NCBI GenBank assembly: GCA_965226555.1
Contig: CBDDDG010000010.1
Coordinates: 512,001-576,000, forward strand
DNA length: 64,000 nt
Reading direction: 5' to 3'
Source of the DNA: Salinispira sp.
Lineage (GTDB): Bacteria > Spirochaetota > Spirochaetia > DSM-27196 > Salinispiraceae
Below, piece after piece: positions 30,695 through 41,038 of the stretch (position 1 is its first letter; every line of letters begins with the position of its first letter). Under the pieces are notes generated by a model, which saw nothing but the letters and a program-made list of their open reading frames with translations, had not been told where the DNA came from and did not search any database. Position numbers and translations under genes: made by a program.

Positions 30695-31557
30695 TCAAGA
30701 TTCCTCAAATGTTCACGGATATTTTCCAGAGCATTTTTTATTTCGATAATTTGGGCAGGTATATGATCGGTAATGTTTTTTGATGCAATGGTATTTACCT
30801 CACGGTTCATCTCCTGACATATAAAATCGAGACGCTTGGCAGCAGCTGCATCTGAGGAAATTTCCCGGACAAACTGTTCAATATGATTGTTCAGCCTGTC
30901 CAGCTCTTCGGTAATGGAATGTTTGACAAGGAGAACCGCAATTTCAGCGAGTACCCGATCTTCCGGAATGTGATCGCCAAGAACCGCGTGGAAACGATCG
31001 CGCAGGCGTTTGTGCACATGTTCTTCGATCTGCGAGGCAGATTTCTGAACAATACTGAAATGTGATGTGATTTTTTCAAGCTGTGTGGTGATATCCCTGA
31101 CCGTTTCACTGCCTTCACGCCTTCGATGCTTTATAAACTCTTCCAGGGCCTGCTCCCCTGCTTTTTCAAGGATATCACGGAGTTCATCGGAAATATGAAT
31201 AGTATCCGGCATGATATGTTCCCTGAATTCCAGAATGTGGTCGATGGTGATTTCACCGGGAAGGTTCAGGTCTCTCTGAATTGAAGCGAGCATGTTTCGC
31301 AGATCTTCCGCCTTTTTCGGATCAATAGTAGGGGCACTGTCTCCGCTGCTGCTGACAGTGAGTTTCACTTCCACACGTCCCCGCCGGCAGCGATCTCGAA
31401 GGAGGGAACTGAACCATTCCTCAAAAAAAATAAAACTGCCGGGAACGGATAATCTCATATCCAGATAGCGGTGATTAAACCCTCGTATTTCCAGAAATAC
31501 ACTGTGCCGCGCATTGGAACATTCAGCATAGGCGTAAGCGGTCATACTGTGAATCAT
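30691..31557 (-). CDS. YicC/YloC family endoribonuclease
   Basis: MIHSMTAYA, NHRYLD, ITEELDRL, LDFICQEMNREVNTIASK. Confidence 0.93.
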   Translation of the reverse strand: MIHSMTAYAYAECSNARHSVFLEIRGFNHRYLDMRLSVPGSFIFFEEWFSSLLRDRCRRGRVEVKLTVSSSGDSAPTIDPKKAEDLRNMLASIQRDLNLPGEITIDHILEFREHIMPDTIHISDELRDILEKAGEQALEEFIKHRRREGSETVRDITTQLEKITSHFSIVQKSASQIEEHVHKRLRDRFHAVLGDHIPEDRVLAEIAVLLVKHSITEELDRLNNHIEQFVREISSDAAAAKRLDFICQEMNREVNTIASKNITDHIPAQIIEIKNALENIREHLRNLE

Positions 31558-33116
31558 ACATTACTCTCCAGCATCTCTGTCAGCCGTTTTCCGATCTGCC
31601 AGTTATTGCCTGCTCCCATAGTAACAAAAATATCTGTTTTTTGCAGCCGTTCTTTTACAAAAAGAGCCGCTTTTTCAAAATTGGGTATGTAATAGACATG
31701 GGGATGTGTTTTTCGGATTTCCCTGTACAGGCGATCTCCGTGAATGTTCCCCGGATTCGGTTCACGGGCTGAAGCATATATATCGTTTAGAATGAGAAGA
31801 TCGGCGCATGCAAAGGAAGCGGCAAAGTCTTCAAGCAGCGCCGTTGTACGGCTGTAGGTATGGGACATAAAATCGACAATGAGTCTGCGCCCGGGGAAAA
31901 ATTCACGGTAGCCTGCGAGGGTTGTCTGTATTGCTGTCGGATGATGCGCATAGTCATCCATGATTCTGATTCCGTCAATATCGGCAATGAGCTCACTTCG
32001 GCGCTTTGTTCCTGTGTAGTGAGTGAGCGCCGCGCTCATACGCGGATACGGAGATTCGGCTGATCTTCCATGGGTAGAGGTATATATCTGATTCAAAAGG
32101 ATAATGGCCGCAACTGCATCGAGTACCGCATGTCTGCCGGGATAATTCAGTGTGAAGGGGGTATCTATTCCCCGCAAAGAGAAGCGCTGCGCGCCGTTTT
32201 CAACCCTGCGGGATCTGATGCCGTACCTGCCATCTGCCTGAAATCCGTAGGCAATGGGTTCAATATCGGGGCGGGTCTGCCTGCTTTTCCGCGCAAGCGC
32301 GGCGGCGCCCGGATCATCGGCGCAATAGATGAGGGTGCCGGCAGGCGGAACTCTGGCAAGCAATTCTTCAAAGGCGGATTGGACATCGTTTTCATCTCTG
32401 AAATAGTCCAGATGATCGGCTTCAATGCTGGTAACGAGCAGATACTTCGGGGTGAATTTGAGAAAATTACGCCGATATTCGCATGTTTCTGCAATAAAAA
32501 AATCGTTGCCGCCCCTGTACACGGCGCTGCCGGCTGCATATGTCGGGGCTGCGCTGCCGGCTGCATATGTCGGGGCTGCGCTGCCGGCTGCATATGTCGG
32601 GGCTGGCAGATTAGGCAGATTAGGCAGAGCTGAGCCGACAAGCACCTGCCCCGTGAGGCCGAGTTCCCGAGCAATGAGCGCGGTAATGGCAGTAGTGGTG
32701 GTCTTGCCATGCACGCCGCTCACCGCGGCAAAGGGCATGCATGAGGCATACTGCGCAAGGGCCTCCGAAAATTCCAGCGGCTTATAGCCCATTTCCCGCG
32801 CCCTCAGGAGCTCAGGATGAGTCTCAGGATTGTAGGCTGAAGAGTAGATAAGCATATCGGCATGCTCTGGTACGTTTTCAGCGCTGAACCCTTCATGAAC
32901 AGCTATTCCGTTTCGTTTCAGAATTTCATCGGTATAAAATACTTCGGCGATATCAGAACCGCTTACCAGCGCTCCCGATTGGGCGCAGAGTTCGGCAAGC
33001 GCGGACATACCTGTTCCCTTGATACCGACCATGTACACGGACATACCGTTGAGTGAATGGGGGGAGAGGCTGCGGGGAACATGAGGCGCATGGGGCGCAT
33101 GAAAAGCAGAGCGCAT
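31554..33116 (-). CDS. murC: UDP-N-acetylmuramate--L-alanine ligase
   Basis: GIKGTGMSALA, GVHGKTTTT, DHLDYF, DDYAHHPTAI, TMGAG; exact start uncertain. Confidence 0.93.
   Translation of the reverse strand: MRSAFHAPHAPHVPRSLSPHSLNGMSVYMVGIKGTGMSALAELCAQSGALVSGSDIAEVFYTDEILKRNGIAVHEGFSAENVPEHADMLIYSSAYNPETHPELLRAREMGYKPLEFSEALAQYASCMPFAAVSGVHGKTTTTAITALIARELGLTGQVLVGSALPNLPNLPAPTYAAGSAAPTYAAGSAAPTYAAGSAVYRGGNDFFIAETCEYRRNFLKFTPKYLLVTSIEADHLDYFRDENDVQSAFEELLARVPPAGTLIYCADDPGAAALARKSRQTRPDIEPIAYGFQADGRYGIRSRRVENGAQRFSLRGIDTPFTLNYPGRHAVLDAVAAIILLNQIYTSTHGRSAESPYPRMSAALTHYTGTKRRSELIADIDGIRIMDDYAHHPTAIQTTLAGYREFFPGRRLIVDFMSHTYSRTTALLEDFAASFACADLLILNDIYASAREPNPGNIHGDRLYREIRKTHPHVYYIPNFEKAALFVKERLQKTDIFVTMGAGNNWQIGKRLTEMLESNV
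32524..32628. repeat. In-frame tandem repeats in murC (27 bp x3, then 9 bp x2+)
   Basis: GCGCTGCCGGCTGCATATGTCGGGGCT x3 (APTYAAGSA); GGCAGATTA repeats. Confidence 0.9.
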
Positions 33117-33125
33117 GAATACAGA

Positions 33126-33932
33126 TTACTGAATGGTGCTTGTTTTGGCAATGAGTTTTTCGAGCAGATCAGATTGACGGGAGAGAAAGCGCCGTTTTCT
33201 CGGATGAGGTTCTGAAACGGAAATATTTTCGATAATGCGGGCGGGGGAAGCGCTGAGAATGATGATTTCATCGGCAAGAAGAAGAGCTTCTTCAGGGTCA
33301 TGGGTAACCAGCACGAAACCCGGGCGGTGCTCCATACAGTATTGCTGGAACCAGCCGTATATTTTGTTCCGGGTAAGAAAGTCCAGACGGGAGAATGGTT
33401 CATCGAGAAGGAGGAAGTCGCTTCGAAGGAGGCAGGCGCGCATGAAGGCGGCGCGCTGCCGCATTCCTCCCGAAAGTTGGCGCGGATAATGATCGCCGAA
33501 ATCCGCCAGGCCGAAGTTCTCCAGTTCTCCGCGCGCCCTTTCCAGAGCATCATGATCCCTGCGGATAATGAGCGGCAGGGCGGCATTTTCCGTAATGGTT
33601 TTCCAAGGGAGGAGGAGATCGTTTTGCTGCATGTAGCTTATCCAGCCGGGTTCGGCGAGACGGGAGGCGCCATCGTAAAAGAGGTCGCCCGAAGAAGGCG
33701 CGAGTAAGCCGGCGGCAATATGAAGAAGGGTGCTCTTTCCGCAGCCGCTTGGACCGAGTACTGCCGTTGCCTTCCCCGGGGGAACCTGGAAACTGATGCC
33801 GTTGAGTACCGTATTGTCGCCATAGGCATGGCTGATGTTTCTCAACTCAAGCAGGCGGACTGACCCGCTGCTGCTATGAGCAGCAGTCTGGTTCAGCACA
33901 TCTCCTGAAACATTTTCAGGGAAGGTAGTCAT
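33126..33932 (-). CDS. ABC transporter ATP-binding subunit (ThiZ/NitT-like)
   Basis: GPSGCGKST, LSGGMRQR, LLDEPF, VTHD; start MTTFP at 33932. Confidence 0.9.
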   Translation of the reverse strand: MTTFPENVSGDVLNQTAAHSSSGSVRLLELRNISHAYGDNTVLNGISFQVPPGKATAVLGPSGCGKSTLLHIAAGLLAPSSGDLFYDGASRLAEPGWISYMQQNDLLLPWKTITENAALPLIIRRDHDALERARGELENFGLADFGDHYPRQLSGGMRQRAAFMRACLLRSDFLLLDEPFSRLDFLTRNKIYGWFQQYCMEHRPGFVLVTHDPEEALLLADEIIILSASPARIIENISVSEPHPRKRRFLSRQSDLLEKLIAKTSTIQ

Positions 33933-34926
33933 TGGTGAAGCTATTCTCAGTATCGAGCCTTCGCGGAATGAGATCATTTTCAAAGAGCCAATGCGCATAA
34001 CGTTCCCAGACAACGGCACGCATCTCTCCCCATCGCGGGGCATCTGAAATGAACTCATCTGCCAGAAATATGAGACTTTCCCTGGCCAGATCAAGGGGAA
34101 TTTCGGGGGCTGCCTCAACCAGCAGTTCTGCCGCCTGCCGAGGATTGTTAACAGCATAGTCGTATCCTCTGCTGATTGCCCGCATGAATTTCCGCGCCAG
34201 TTCAGGATTGCTCCGCAGCATTTCTTCACTGCTGATAATGACGGGGGTATAGTAGTCAAATACCTCGTTCATTTCTGCCAGAGCCAGATAACTGAGTTCA
34301 ACACCTCTATTTTGCGCCTCCGCCATTGTCCATCCTTCAAAGACCCATGAGAAATCTACCTCCCGTTCAGCAACGGCAAAGAAGTCGGCCGTGCCGGTGT
34401 TCAGAATTCTGATATCATCCAGTGAAGCGCCCTCCGCCTTCAGGAGAGTATCGAGCATGGCTGTTTCAACAGGGCTTCCCCAGCCGCCATAGGTGAGACC
34501 CACCAGATCAGCAACAGAGCGCAGGTTTTCCGGTGAGGCAAAACCTGAGGTATTGTGCTGAATGACCGCTGCAAGAGCGACAATTGGTACATTGTCCTCT
34601 CCTGTTCGGGCAAAGGTTACCGCTTCCTGATAACTGTAGCCAAACTGGGCCTGATTAAGAGCAACGAGAACTTCGGCGCTCGCCTCAGCGGGTTGAATAA
34701 TAGTAACTTCAAGCCCCTCCTCGGCAAAATACCCCAGAGAATCGGCCAGATAGGCTCCGGTATGGTTTGTGTTCGGAACCCAGTCCAGCACAAGAACAAG
34801 GGAAACGACATCTTCACGCTCCCCCTGTGTCTCCACATTCCCTGCGGCAATGAGTATGCCGGGCATGAGTATGAGTACAAGTACGAGCGCACATGCGCGT
34901 ACTACGATATGGTATCGAAAAATCAT
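33916..34926 (-). CDS. ABC substrate-binding protein, NMT1/THI5 (ThiY-like) family
   Basis: LDWVPNTNHTG, SYQE, QHNTSGF, YGGWGSPVE, FTNDYLP; GGAGG SD before 34926. Confidence 0.9.
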   Translation of the reverse strand: MIFRYHIVVRACALVLVLILMPGILIAAGNVETQGEREDVVSLVLVLDWVPNTNHTGAYLADSLGYFAEEGLEVTIIQPAEASAEVLVALNQAQFGYSYQEAVTFARTGEDNVPIVALAAVIQHNTSGFASPENLRSVADLVGLTYGGWGSPVETAMLDTLLKAEGASLDDIRILNTGTADFFAVAEREVDFSWVFEGWTMAEAQNRGVELSYLALAEMNEVFDYYTPVIISSEEMLRSNPELARKFMRAISRGYDYAVNNPRQAAELLVEAAPEIPLDLARESLIFLADEFISDAPRWGEMRAVVWERYAHWLFENDLIPRRLDTENSFTNDYLP

Positions 34927-35810
34927 CAATGTATTCCTCCTGTATGATATGAATATTTCTGATGTTGATGTTGATTGTGCCGATTGTGGGCATTTCCGCC
35001 TTGGCGGACTGTCAGACCTTCGAGAAGCAGGACAAACAGGAAGAGCCCGATACTGAGCAGCATAATTGTTACAATTGCTGCAAATAATTGTGCCGCAGCA
35101 AAGGATTTCTGACTGCGGATGAGGTACACGCCCAATCCTGATGCCCCGCCAAGCCACTCTCCGATAACTGCCCCCATGACCGCATAGGTAGCTGAAATGC
35201 GCAGTCCGGCAAAAAATGCCGGTATTGATCCGGGGAGTTTTACATGACAGATAAGCTGCCAACGGTTCGCCCCCATGCTCCGCATCAGATCGATATAGTC
35301 GCTGTCTAATGCCCGGAAACTCTTGAGGAGATTTATCAGCATGGGGAAAAAACAGACCAGCACTACCGCGAGTATTTTCGGAAGGAAGCCGAAGCCAAAC
35401 CAGAGAACAAAGAGCGGCGCTACCGCAATGAGCGGAATTGTCTGGCTCATAACTGCCGCCGGATAGAGTAATTTGTAGACTGTTCGAAGCATATCCATGA
35501 GAAATGCGAGAATGAGGGCAAAAATGGTGGCAATAAAAAGTCCGAGGAGGGCGGCTGCCAGAGTTCCCCGGGCATGTTTCATAATTAACGGAAACTGCTC
35601 AAAGAAGGTTAACAGGACGGCATAGGGTGAAGGAAGAGCATACGGCGGCAAAAATAACGAGAGGATATGCCAGAAAGCAATGAAGAGAATGAAAGAAAGG
35701 AGGGCAAAGCTGTATTTTTGCCGGAAGTTCTGCCGGAACGTTTGCCAAAACGCGGCAAAAAACGGTGTTCCTTTGGGAGCGGTTATTTTTGGAACAGTTA
35801 TGTTTGAAAT
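34926..35810 (-). CDS. ABC transporter permease (ThiX-like); true start probably upstream of the TTG at 35651, possibly ATT at 35810
   Basis: LPSP, QTIPLIAVAPL, GAVIGEWLG motifs; frame open to 35810 and contains the first TM helix. Confidence 0.8.
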   Translation of the reverse strand: MSNITVPKITAPKGTPFFAAFWQTFRQNFRQKYSFALLSFILFIAFWHILSLFLPPYALPSPYAVLLTFFEQFPLIMKHARGTLAAALLGLFIATIFALILAFLMDMLRTVYKLLYPAAVMSQTIPLIAVAPLFVLWFGFGFLPKILAVVLVCFFPMLINLLKSFRALDSDYIDLMRSMGANRWQLICHVKLPGSIPAFFAGLRISATYAVMGAVIGEWLGGASGLGVYLIRSQKSFAAAQLFAAIVTIMLLSIGLFLFVLLLEGLTVRQGGNAHNRHNQHQHQKYSYHTGGIH

Positions 35811-35811
35811 A

Positions 35812-35903
35812 GAATGTCCCTCCGCCGGTATTATCCGGATCAGGTAAAGGGTCGAAGATCATTCTTCCTCTCAGCCGACAGAGTCAGCTCCCCTGCTGTC
35901 ATG
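35812..35903 (-). promoter_or_regulatory. TPP riboswitch
   Basis: Reverse complement GGGGAGC...GCTGAGAGG...GACCCTTTACCTGATCCGGATAATACCGGCGGAGGGA; upstream of a THI5-type ABC operon. Confidence 0.92.
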
Positions 35904-37104
35904 AACGTTTTGCAAAATTTTCAGCAGCAAAACTTTGTGTTACGTGGAATATACCGAAAATATGGATGGGAGTCAATAGCTGCCGAACACCCTTATTCTG
36001 CCTTAGGCGATCGGGCCTGAGTCGCTAAGTCGTAGGCAAAGATTTTGTCAGCCACATCATCTACCACCCACATTGTTGTGCCATCCGACCAGATGCCAGC
36101 GGGGTTAGCATTCCCTGCATCAGAAAGTGTGGCGGCATCGAAATCCGGCGGATCAGCACCGGGCGTTTTGGTTCCTCTGTTGTAGGCAAAAATTTTACTA
36201 GTGGCTGAGGGAGGCCTACTCACCACCCACATCGTTGTCTCATTCGCCCAGATGCCTTTGGGAGCGAACTTCGCAGAAAGAGTAAAATCGTTATCACTAT
36301 CGCGCATTTTGCTTGCTATGGTGTAGGCTTGAAGGCTATTAATGTTTGCGGTCGTTGTCCACATTGTTGTTCCATTTGACCAGATGCTCTCAGGAGTGGA
36401 AAGTCCGGTAGCAACAATATCAGTAATATCTTTTGCTGAATCGCGTCCTTTGTCGCTCATCCTGTAGGCACGGATGTCGGCAGGAGCTGGACCATCTGCA
36501 TTCATTACCCACATTGTTGTGCCATCCGACCAGATGCCTGAGTAAGTTCTATTACCTCCTCCATCGGGAAGTGTGAATTCTTTATCTTCATCGCGCGCCT
36601 TGGTCCCCATGTTGTAGGCATAAATTTTGTTATCCCTCCTATCCGACACCCACATTGTTGTGCCATCCGACCAGATGTCATTAGGGTCAGTATTCCCAGA
36701 GGCAAGCGCGGGGAAATCGTCTCTGTGATTCCCTGCGGAGTCATATCCTCCTTCGTCATAGTCGTCTTTGTCATAACCGTAGAGGTCGTATTCCGTGTCG
36801 GTGTCGCGGTGTTTGCCTTCAGCATTAAAGCCTTCTGCGTCATAACCCTGTTCGTCATAACCATCCGGCCCATATTTCTTTCCGTTACGATGATTGCCGT
36901 CTACATTGAAACCCGCTGCGTTATAGCCATCTTTGCCATAACCGTAGAGGTCGTATTTCATGCCGGTGTCGCGATGTTTGCCTTCAGCATTAAAGCCCTT
37001 AGCGTTGTAACCATCTTCGCCATAGCCATCATCGTTGAATTTCGTTCCGTTACGATGTTTGCCATCAGCATTAAAACCGGCAGCATTGTAACCGTCTGCT
37101 TTAT

Positions 37105-38828
37105 GAGCCTGTCGTACATAAATACCTCATGTTGTTTGATGTGAGTCGATGGATGTGGGAATGATGGTGGGAATGAGTATTGCCGTCAGTTATCGCGTTG
37201 TTTTCTTCAGGCGCGGGGTGGCATCGTGAACCCATTCGCGCTTCGATGATGCCAGTTGGAACTATGCGCGGGCGCAACGGGGGGAGTTTTTCTATTATCC
37301 ATAGGTCATTTTCAGTCGATGAAGTCTCTTGCAATTATAAGCCAACGCGACAAGTTCCCATTCACTCGTAACATGTGCAAGGCCTCTGTGGAGAAATTGT
37401 CGAAATCCCATGCACTGCTTAATAATCCCGAATACCGGTTCCACCGTCTGCTTCCTGCGGGCATAGAGCTTTCGGTTCTCGGACTTCTGAAATTTGGCGT
37501 TCATATCTTTTATCCATGGCTTGGATTCTTTTGGAGGCGTGTTGTTGGCATTCTTCTCTTCCGGTCGATAGTCATATTCTCGCGGATTATGTGTCTCTTC
37601 AGCCCGAACAGACACCAGAACATCTATCCCCATTTCTTCCTCTACTGTTTTCACTTCATCGCCATTGACAAAGCCCGCGTCAGCAAGCGCTCGCTCGGGC
37701 TTCCCGACATCTGGGGAAACAGAGAGACAATCGTTTACCAGTTCATTCCGGTCAGATGAACACTGGGAAACACGCGTCCCGACAATTAATTGCGTGCCAT
37801 CGGCATCGACTACCGCCTGAGCATTATAGGCCTGCTGTGTTCCCGATCCCTTTGTCATAATACGGCTGTCAGGATCAGTGTTGTTGCATGCCTGCTCGCC
37901 CTTCGGCAGAATCTCCTGCGCCTTCGCTGAAATGTCTTCAGGTTCATCATCGGCAAAAAGTGTTTTCTGTCCGTCCGCAGGCGGGATCGCCCGATCAGGA
38001 GGACCTTCGCTCTGAGCGTCTGTCTTCGCTCCCCCGCCGGGGGAAACATCTTCCGTATCATTTGCTCCATCTTTTTTCTCCGCTTTCTCCTGTTCTCTTT
38101 CCTCGCGGACACGCGCGCGTCTTTCCACTTCAGCTCGCGCATGGATCATCTTTTCGCGGAGTTTCTGCCTTCGGGCAATCTCCTGTGGTAATCTGTTCGC
38201 ATCCTCATCGTCTGCGGTATCGGCCGCTTCTGCCTCCACTAACAATTTCTGAATGTCCTCATCAAGCCGTTTCTCCAGCTCCTCAGCCCGATCATAGCTC
38301 ACATTTTCGAATTTACTCGCATTGGCTTTAATGTGTGTCCCATCTATACTGACCGTCCCGACCTTCAGAATGCCTATCTCTTTGGCAAGCAGCAGAATAC
38401 GGATAAACGCTTTGTGTATCGCTTCTGTATTTTTTCGGCGAAAGCGACAAATAGTATCGTGATCGGGATGCGTGTTGCCGGTCAGATAGAGCGCACAGAT
38501 ATTCTCGTACGTTGACCGTTCTATCCGGCGACTGCTAAATCGTCCTTCCGTGTAGCTATATATCAGCAAGGCAAGCATCATTTTCGGATGATATTGCTCG
38601 CTCCCGCTTCCCCGCCTATTGATATGAAAAACGGTACTGTCTATGGTGCTTACCGCTTCGTTAATAAAATTGACCAGATGATCTTCGGGAACCCAATCTC
38701 TCATATCAAGAGGCATCAGGAATTGTTGATCTTGACTACATGACTTAAATCGTTGCATGAAAAAACTATATCAGATTCTCCAATCAAACGCAATACCACT
38801 ATCAACCCGGGTAAAGTCCGACAGGCTC
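37105..38828 (-). mobile_element. IS1182-family insertion sequence, apparently intact
   Basis: IRs GAGCCTGTCGTACATA / GAGCCTGTCGGACTTT; TTAT duplication at 37101-37104 and 38829-38832. Confidence 0.92.
37295..38758 (-). CDS. IS1182-family transposase
   Basis: YHPKMMLALLIY, PDHDTICRFR, IDGTHIKANAS, TDPDSR, ADAGF, RKQTVEPVFG. Confidence 0.95.
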   Translation of the reverse strand: MQRFKSCSQDQQFLMPLDMRDWVPEDHLVNFINEAVSTIDSTVFHINRRGSGSEQYHPKMMLALLIYSYTEGRFSSRRIERSTYENICALYLTGNTHPDHDTICRFRRKNTEAIHKAFIRILLLAKEIGILKVGTVSIDGTHIKANASKFENVSYDRAEELEKRLDEDIQKLLVEAEAADTADDEDANRLPQEIARRQKLREKMIHARAEVERRARVREEREQEKAEKKDGANDTEDVSPGGGAKTDAQSEGPPDRAIPPADGQKTLFADDEPEDISAKAQEILPKGEQACNNTDPDSRIMTKGSGTQQAYNAQAVVDADGTQLIVGTRVSQCSSDRNELVNDCLSVSPDVGKPERALADAGFVNGDEVKTVEEEMGIDVLVSVRAEETHNPREYDYRPEEKNANNTPPKESKPWIKDMNAKFQKSENRKLYARRKQTVEPVFGIIKQCMGFRQFLHRGLAHVTSEWELVALAYNCKRLHRLKMTYG

Positions 38829-39440
38829 TTATAACCATTTCTATTGTAGCCATTTGCGTTGTAGCCGTCTGCGGTGTAGCCCTCCGCATCGTAGCCAGCT
38901 GCGTTATAACCGTCTTTGTTGTAGCCATCCGCATCGTAACCATCTGCGTTATAGCCGTCAATATCGTAACCGGCAGCATCGTAGCCGTCTTTGTTGTAAC
39001 CGTAGAGGTCGTATTCCGTGCCGGTGATATAGTGAATACCATCGTCATAAAACCCCCACATGTCGCAGGCAGTGAGAAGTATTCCCGCAATAAAAAATGC
39101 CGCGAGCATATATAATCCGAAACGTTTCTGCGCGGAATGCTTCCGGGCATTTTTCTTTTTGTTTAAGTTCAAATTCTTCATGAATTTCCTCCATATAGGA
39201 TAGAGTATAATGGCAGGCATAAGCCAAGGTCAAGCAAAACTTTCATATATTGCAATTCGTAAGTACACCATCAAAGCCTAATCATCCCAACACACAGCGA
39301 TGTCCGGTAAATCGTACATCGCTTTTTTTTAATGATCTCCCTGTTGCGCCTGTTGTACATCCATCCTCCCTACACTTTTTATGAATGTTCTGATATAATG
39401 CCGTGTTATGCATCCAAAATGAGCGGCAAAAGGAGCTATT

Positions 39441-41024
39441 ATGCGGAATGGGAACGAGCGGAACGTGAGAGTTGGTCTGTTTGGGGTGGGGCTGGACACC
39501 TACTGGCCCCAATTTGCTGGTCTTAAAGAGCGGCTTGAAGGATATCTGCAGGCAGTTGCCGGTATTATCTGTTCCGATAGTCCCGATAACTCCGACATTC
39601 GGACGGATGCCCTGCCAAACGCCCACACCCGACAGCCAAACGAACAACCAGACGCGCAGCCAAACGAGCAGCCAAACGAGCAGCCAAACGCGCACCGGGC
39701 GCAGAGCCTCCATGCAGGGAAATCGGCGGGGGTGGAGATGGTGAATGCCGGGTTGGTGGATAATCCGCAGAAGGCAGCGCTGACTGGCACTATGTTCAGG
39801 GAGCAGCGGGTCGATATCATTTTTTTATATATTTCGACCTATGCGCTGTCTTCGACTGTGCTGCCGGTGGTTCGTGAAGCCGGAGCGCCCGTCATTGTTC
39901 TGAACATTCAGCCGGTGGCTGCGATCAATTACACCTCATTTAATGCCATGAATGACCGCGGCAGAATGACCGGCGAATGGCTGGCTCATTGTCAGGCCTG
40001 CGCTGCGCCCGAAATTGCCAATGTGTGTAACCGAGCCGGCATAGACTATCATATTCTCACCGGTTATCTGGGCGATGAGTCAATGGAGGCGGAAATTCAT
40101 GAATGGATTGCTGCTGCCCGAACGGCAAAAATTATGCGCGCCAATCGTTTGGGGTTGATGGGGCATTATTACGGCGGCATGCTCGATGTCTACAGCGATC
40201 TTACCCGTCAGTTGTCGGCCTTTGGCGGGCATGCGGAAATTGTGGAAATTGATGAGCTTGCCGCCCTCTGCCGTGAGCCGGGCGAGGATGATGTGGCGGG
40301 CAGAATTGCCGAATTTAGGCGGGTGTTTCAGGTTGCCCCCGAATGCGGACAGGCGGAGCTGGAGCGGGCGGCGCGGACATCGCTGGGTCTGGACAGGCTT
40401 GTCGAGCGTCATGAGCTGGGTTCGCTTGCCTATTTTTATGCGGGGGAGCCGGGATCGGTTCATGAAGATATTATCAGTTCGGTCATTGCCGGCAACACGC
40501 TGCTCACTGCCCGCCATGTGCCGGTGGCGGGGGAATATGAGGTAAAGAATGCGCAGGCAATGAAGATAATGGATAGCTTCGATGCCGGCGGGTCTTTTTC
40601 CGAGTTTTACGCCATGGATTTTGCCGATGATGTTGTGCTGCTCGGGCACGATGGGCCTGCGCACGCGGCAATTGCCGATGGGCGGGTTGGTCTTGTGCCT
40701 CTGCCGGTTTACCACGGCAAACCCGGGCGGGGACTTTCCATACAGATGACAGTGAAAAACGGGCCGGTTACCGTTTTGTCGGTGGTGGAGGGGGCGCATG
40801 AAATGTTTCTGCTTGCGGCCGAAGGGGAGAGCGTGCCCGGGCCGGTGCTGCACATTGGTAATACGAACAGCCGTTACCGCTTTCCCATTCCGGTGAAAGA
40901 TTTCATAAACCGCTGGGCGATGGTCGGCCCCTCGCATCATTCTGCCATCGGCATCGGCCATATCGCTTCCAAAATAGATAAATTTGCCCAGTTAACGGGC
41001 ATCTCCATGAAACAAATCTGTTGA
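39441..41024 (+). CDS. L-fucose/L-arabinose isomerase family protein
   Basis: GLDTYWPQF, AGEYEVKN, LGHDGP, GPSHH motifs; low-complexity QPNE insertion near the N-terminus. Confidence 0.85.
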   Translation: MRNGNERNVRVGLFGVGLDTYWPQFAGLKERLEGYLQAVAGIICSDSPDNSDIRTDALPNAHTRQPNEQPDAQPNEQPNEQPNAHRAQSLHAGKSAGVEMVNAGLVDNPQKAALTGTMFREQRVDIIFLYISTYALSSTVLPVVREAGAPVIVLNIQPVAAINYTSFNAMNDRGRMTGEWLAHCQACAAPEIANVCNRAGIDYHILTGYLGDESMEAEIHEWIAAARTAKIMRANRLGLMGHYYGGMLDVYSDLTRQLSAFGGHAEIVEIDELAALCREPGEDDVAGRIAEFRRVFQVAPECGQAELERAARTSLGLDRLVERHELGSLAYFYAGEPGSVHEDIISSVIAGNTLLTARHVPVAGEYEVKNAQAMKIMDSFDAGGSFSEFYAMDFADDVVLLGHDGPAHAAIADGRVGLVPLPVYHGKPGRGLSIQMTVKNGPVTVLSVVEGAHEMFLLAAEGESVPGPVLHIGNTNSRYRFPIPVKDFINRWAMVGPSHHSAIGIGHIASKIDKFAQLTGISMKQIC

Positions 41025-41038
41025 ATGAGGTGAATACA

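Larger units (their letters stand above)
35993..39181 (-). pseudogene. Surface lipoprotein with GY[DN]xx pentapeptide repeats and IWSDGTTMWV propeller-like repeats, interrupted by IS1182
   Basis: SD and lipobox ILLTAC after 39181; removing the IS plus one TTAT restores NGY-KADGYN in frame with ORF 35993..36961. Confidence 0.88.
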
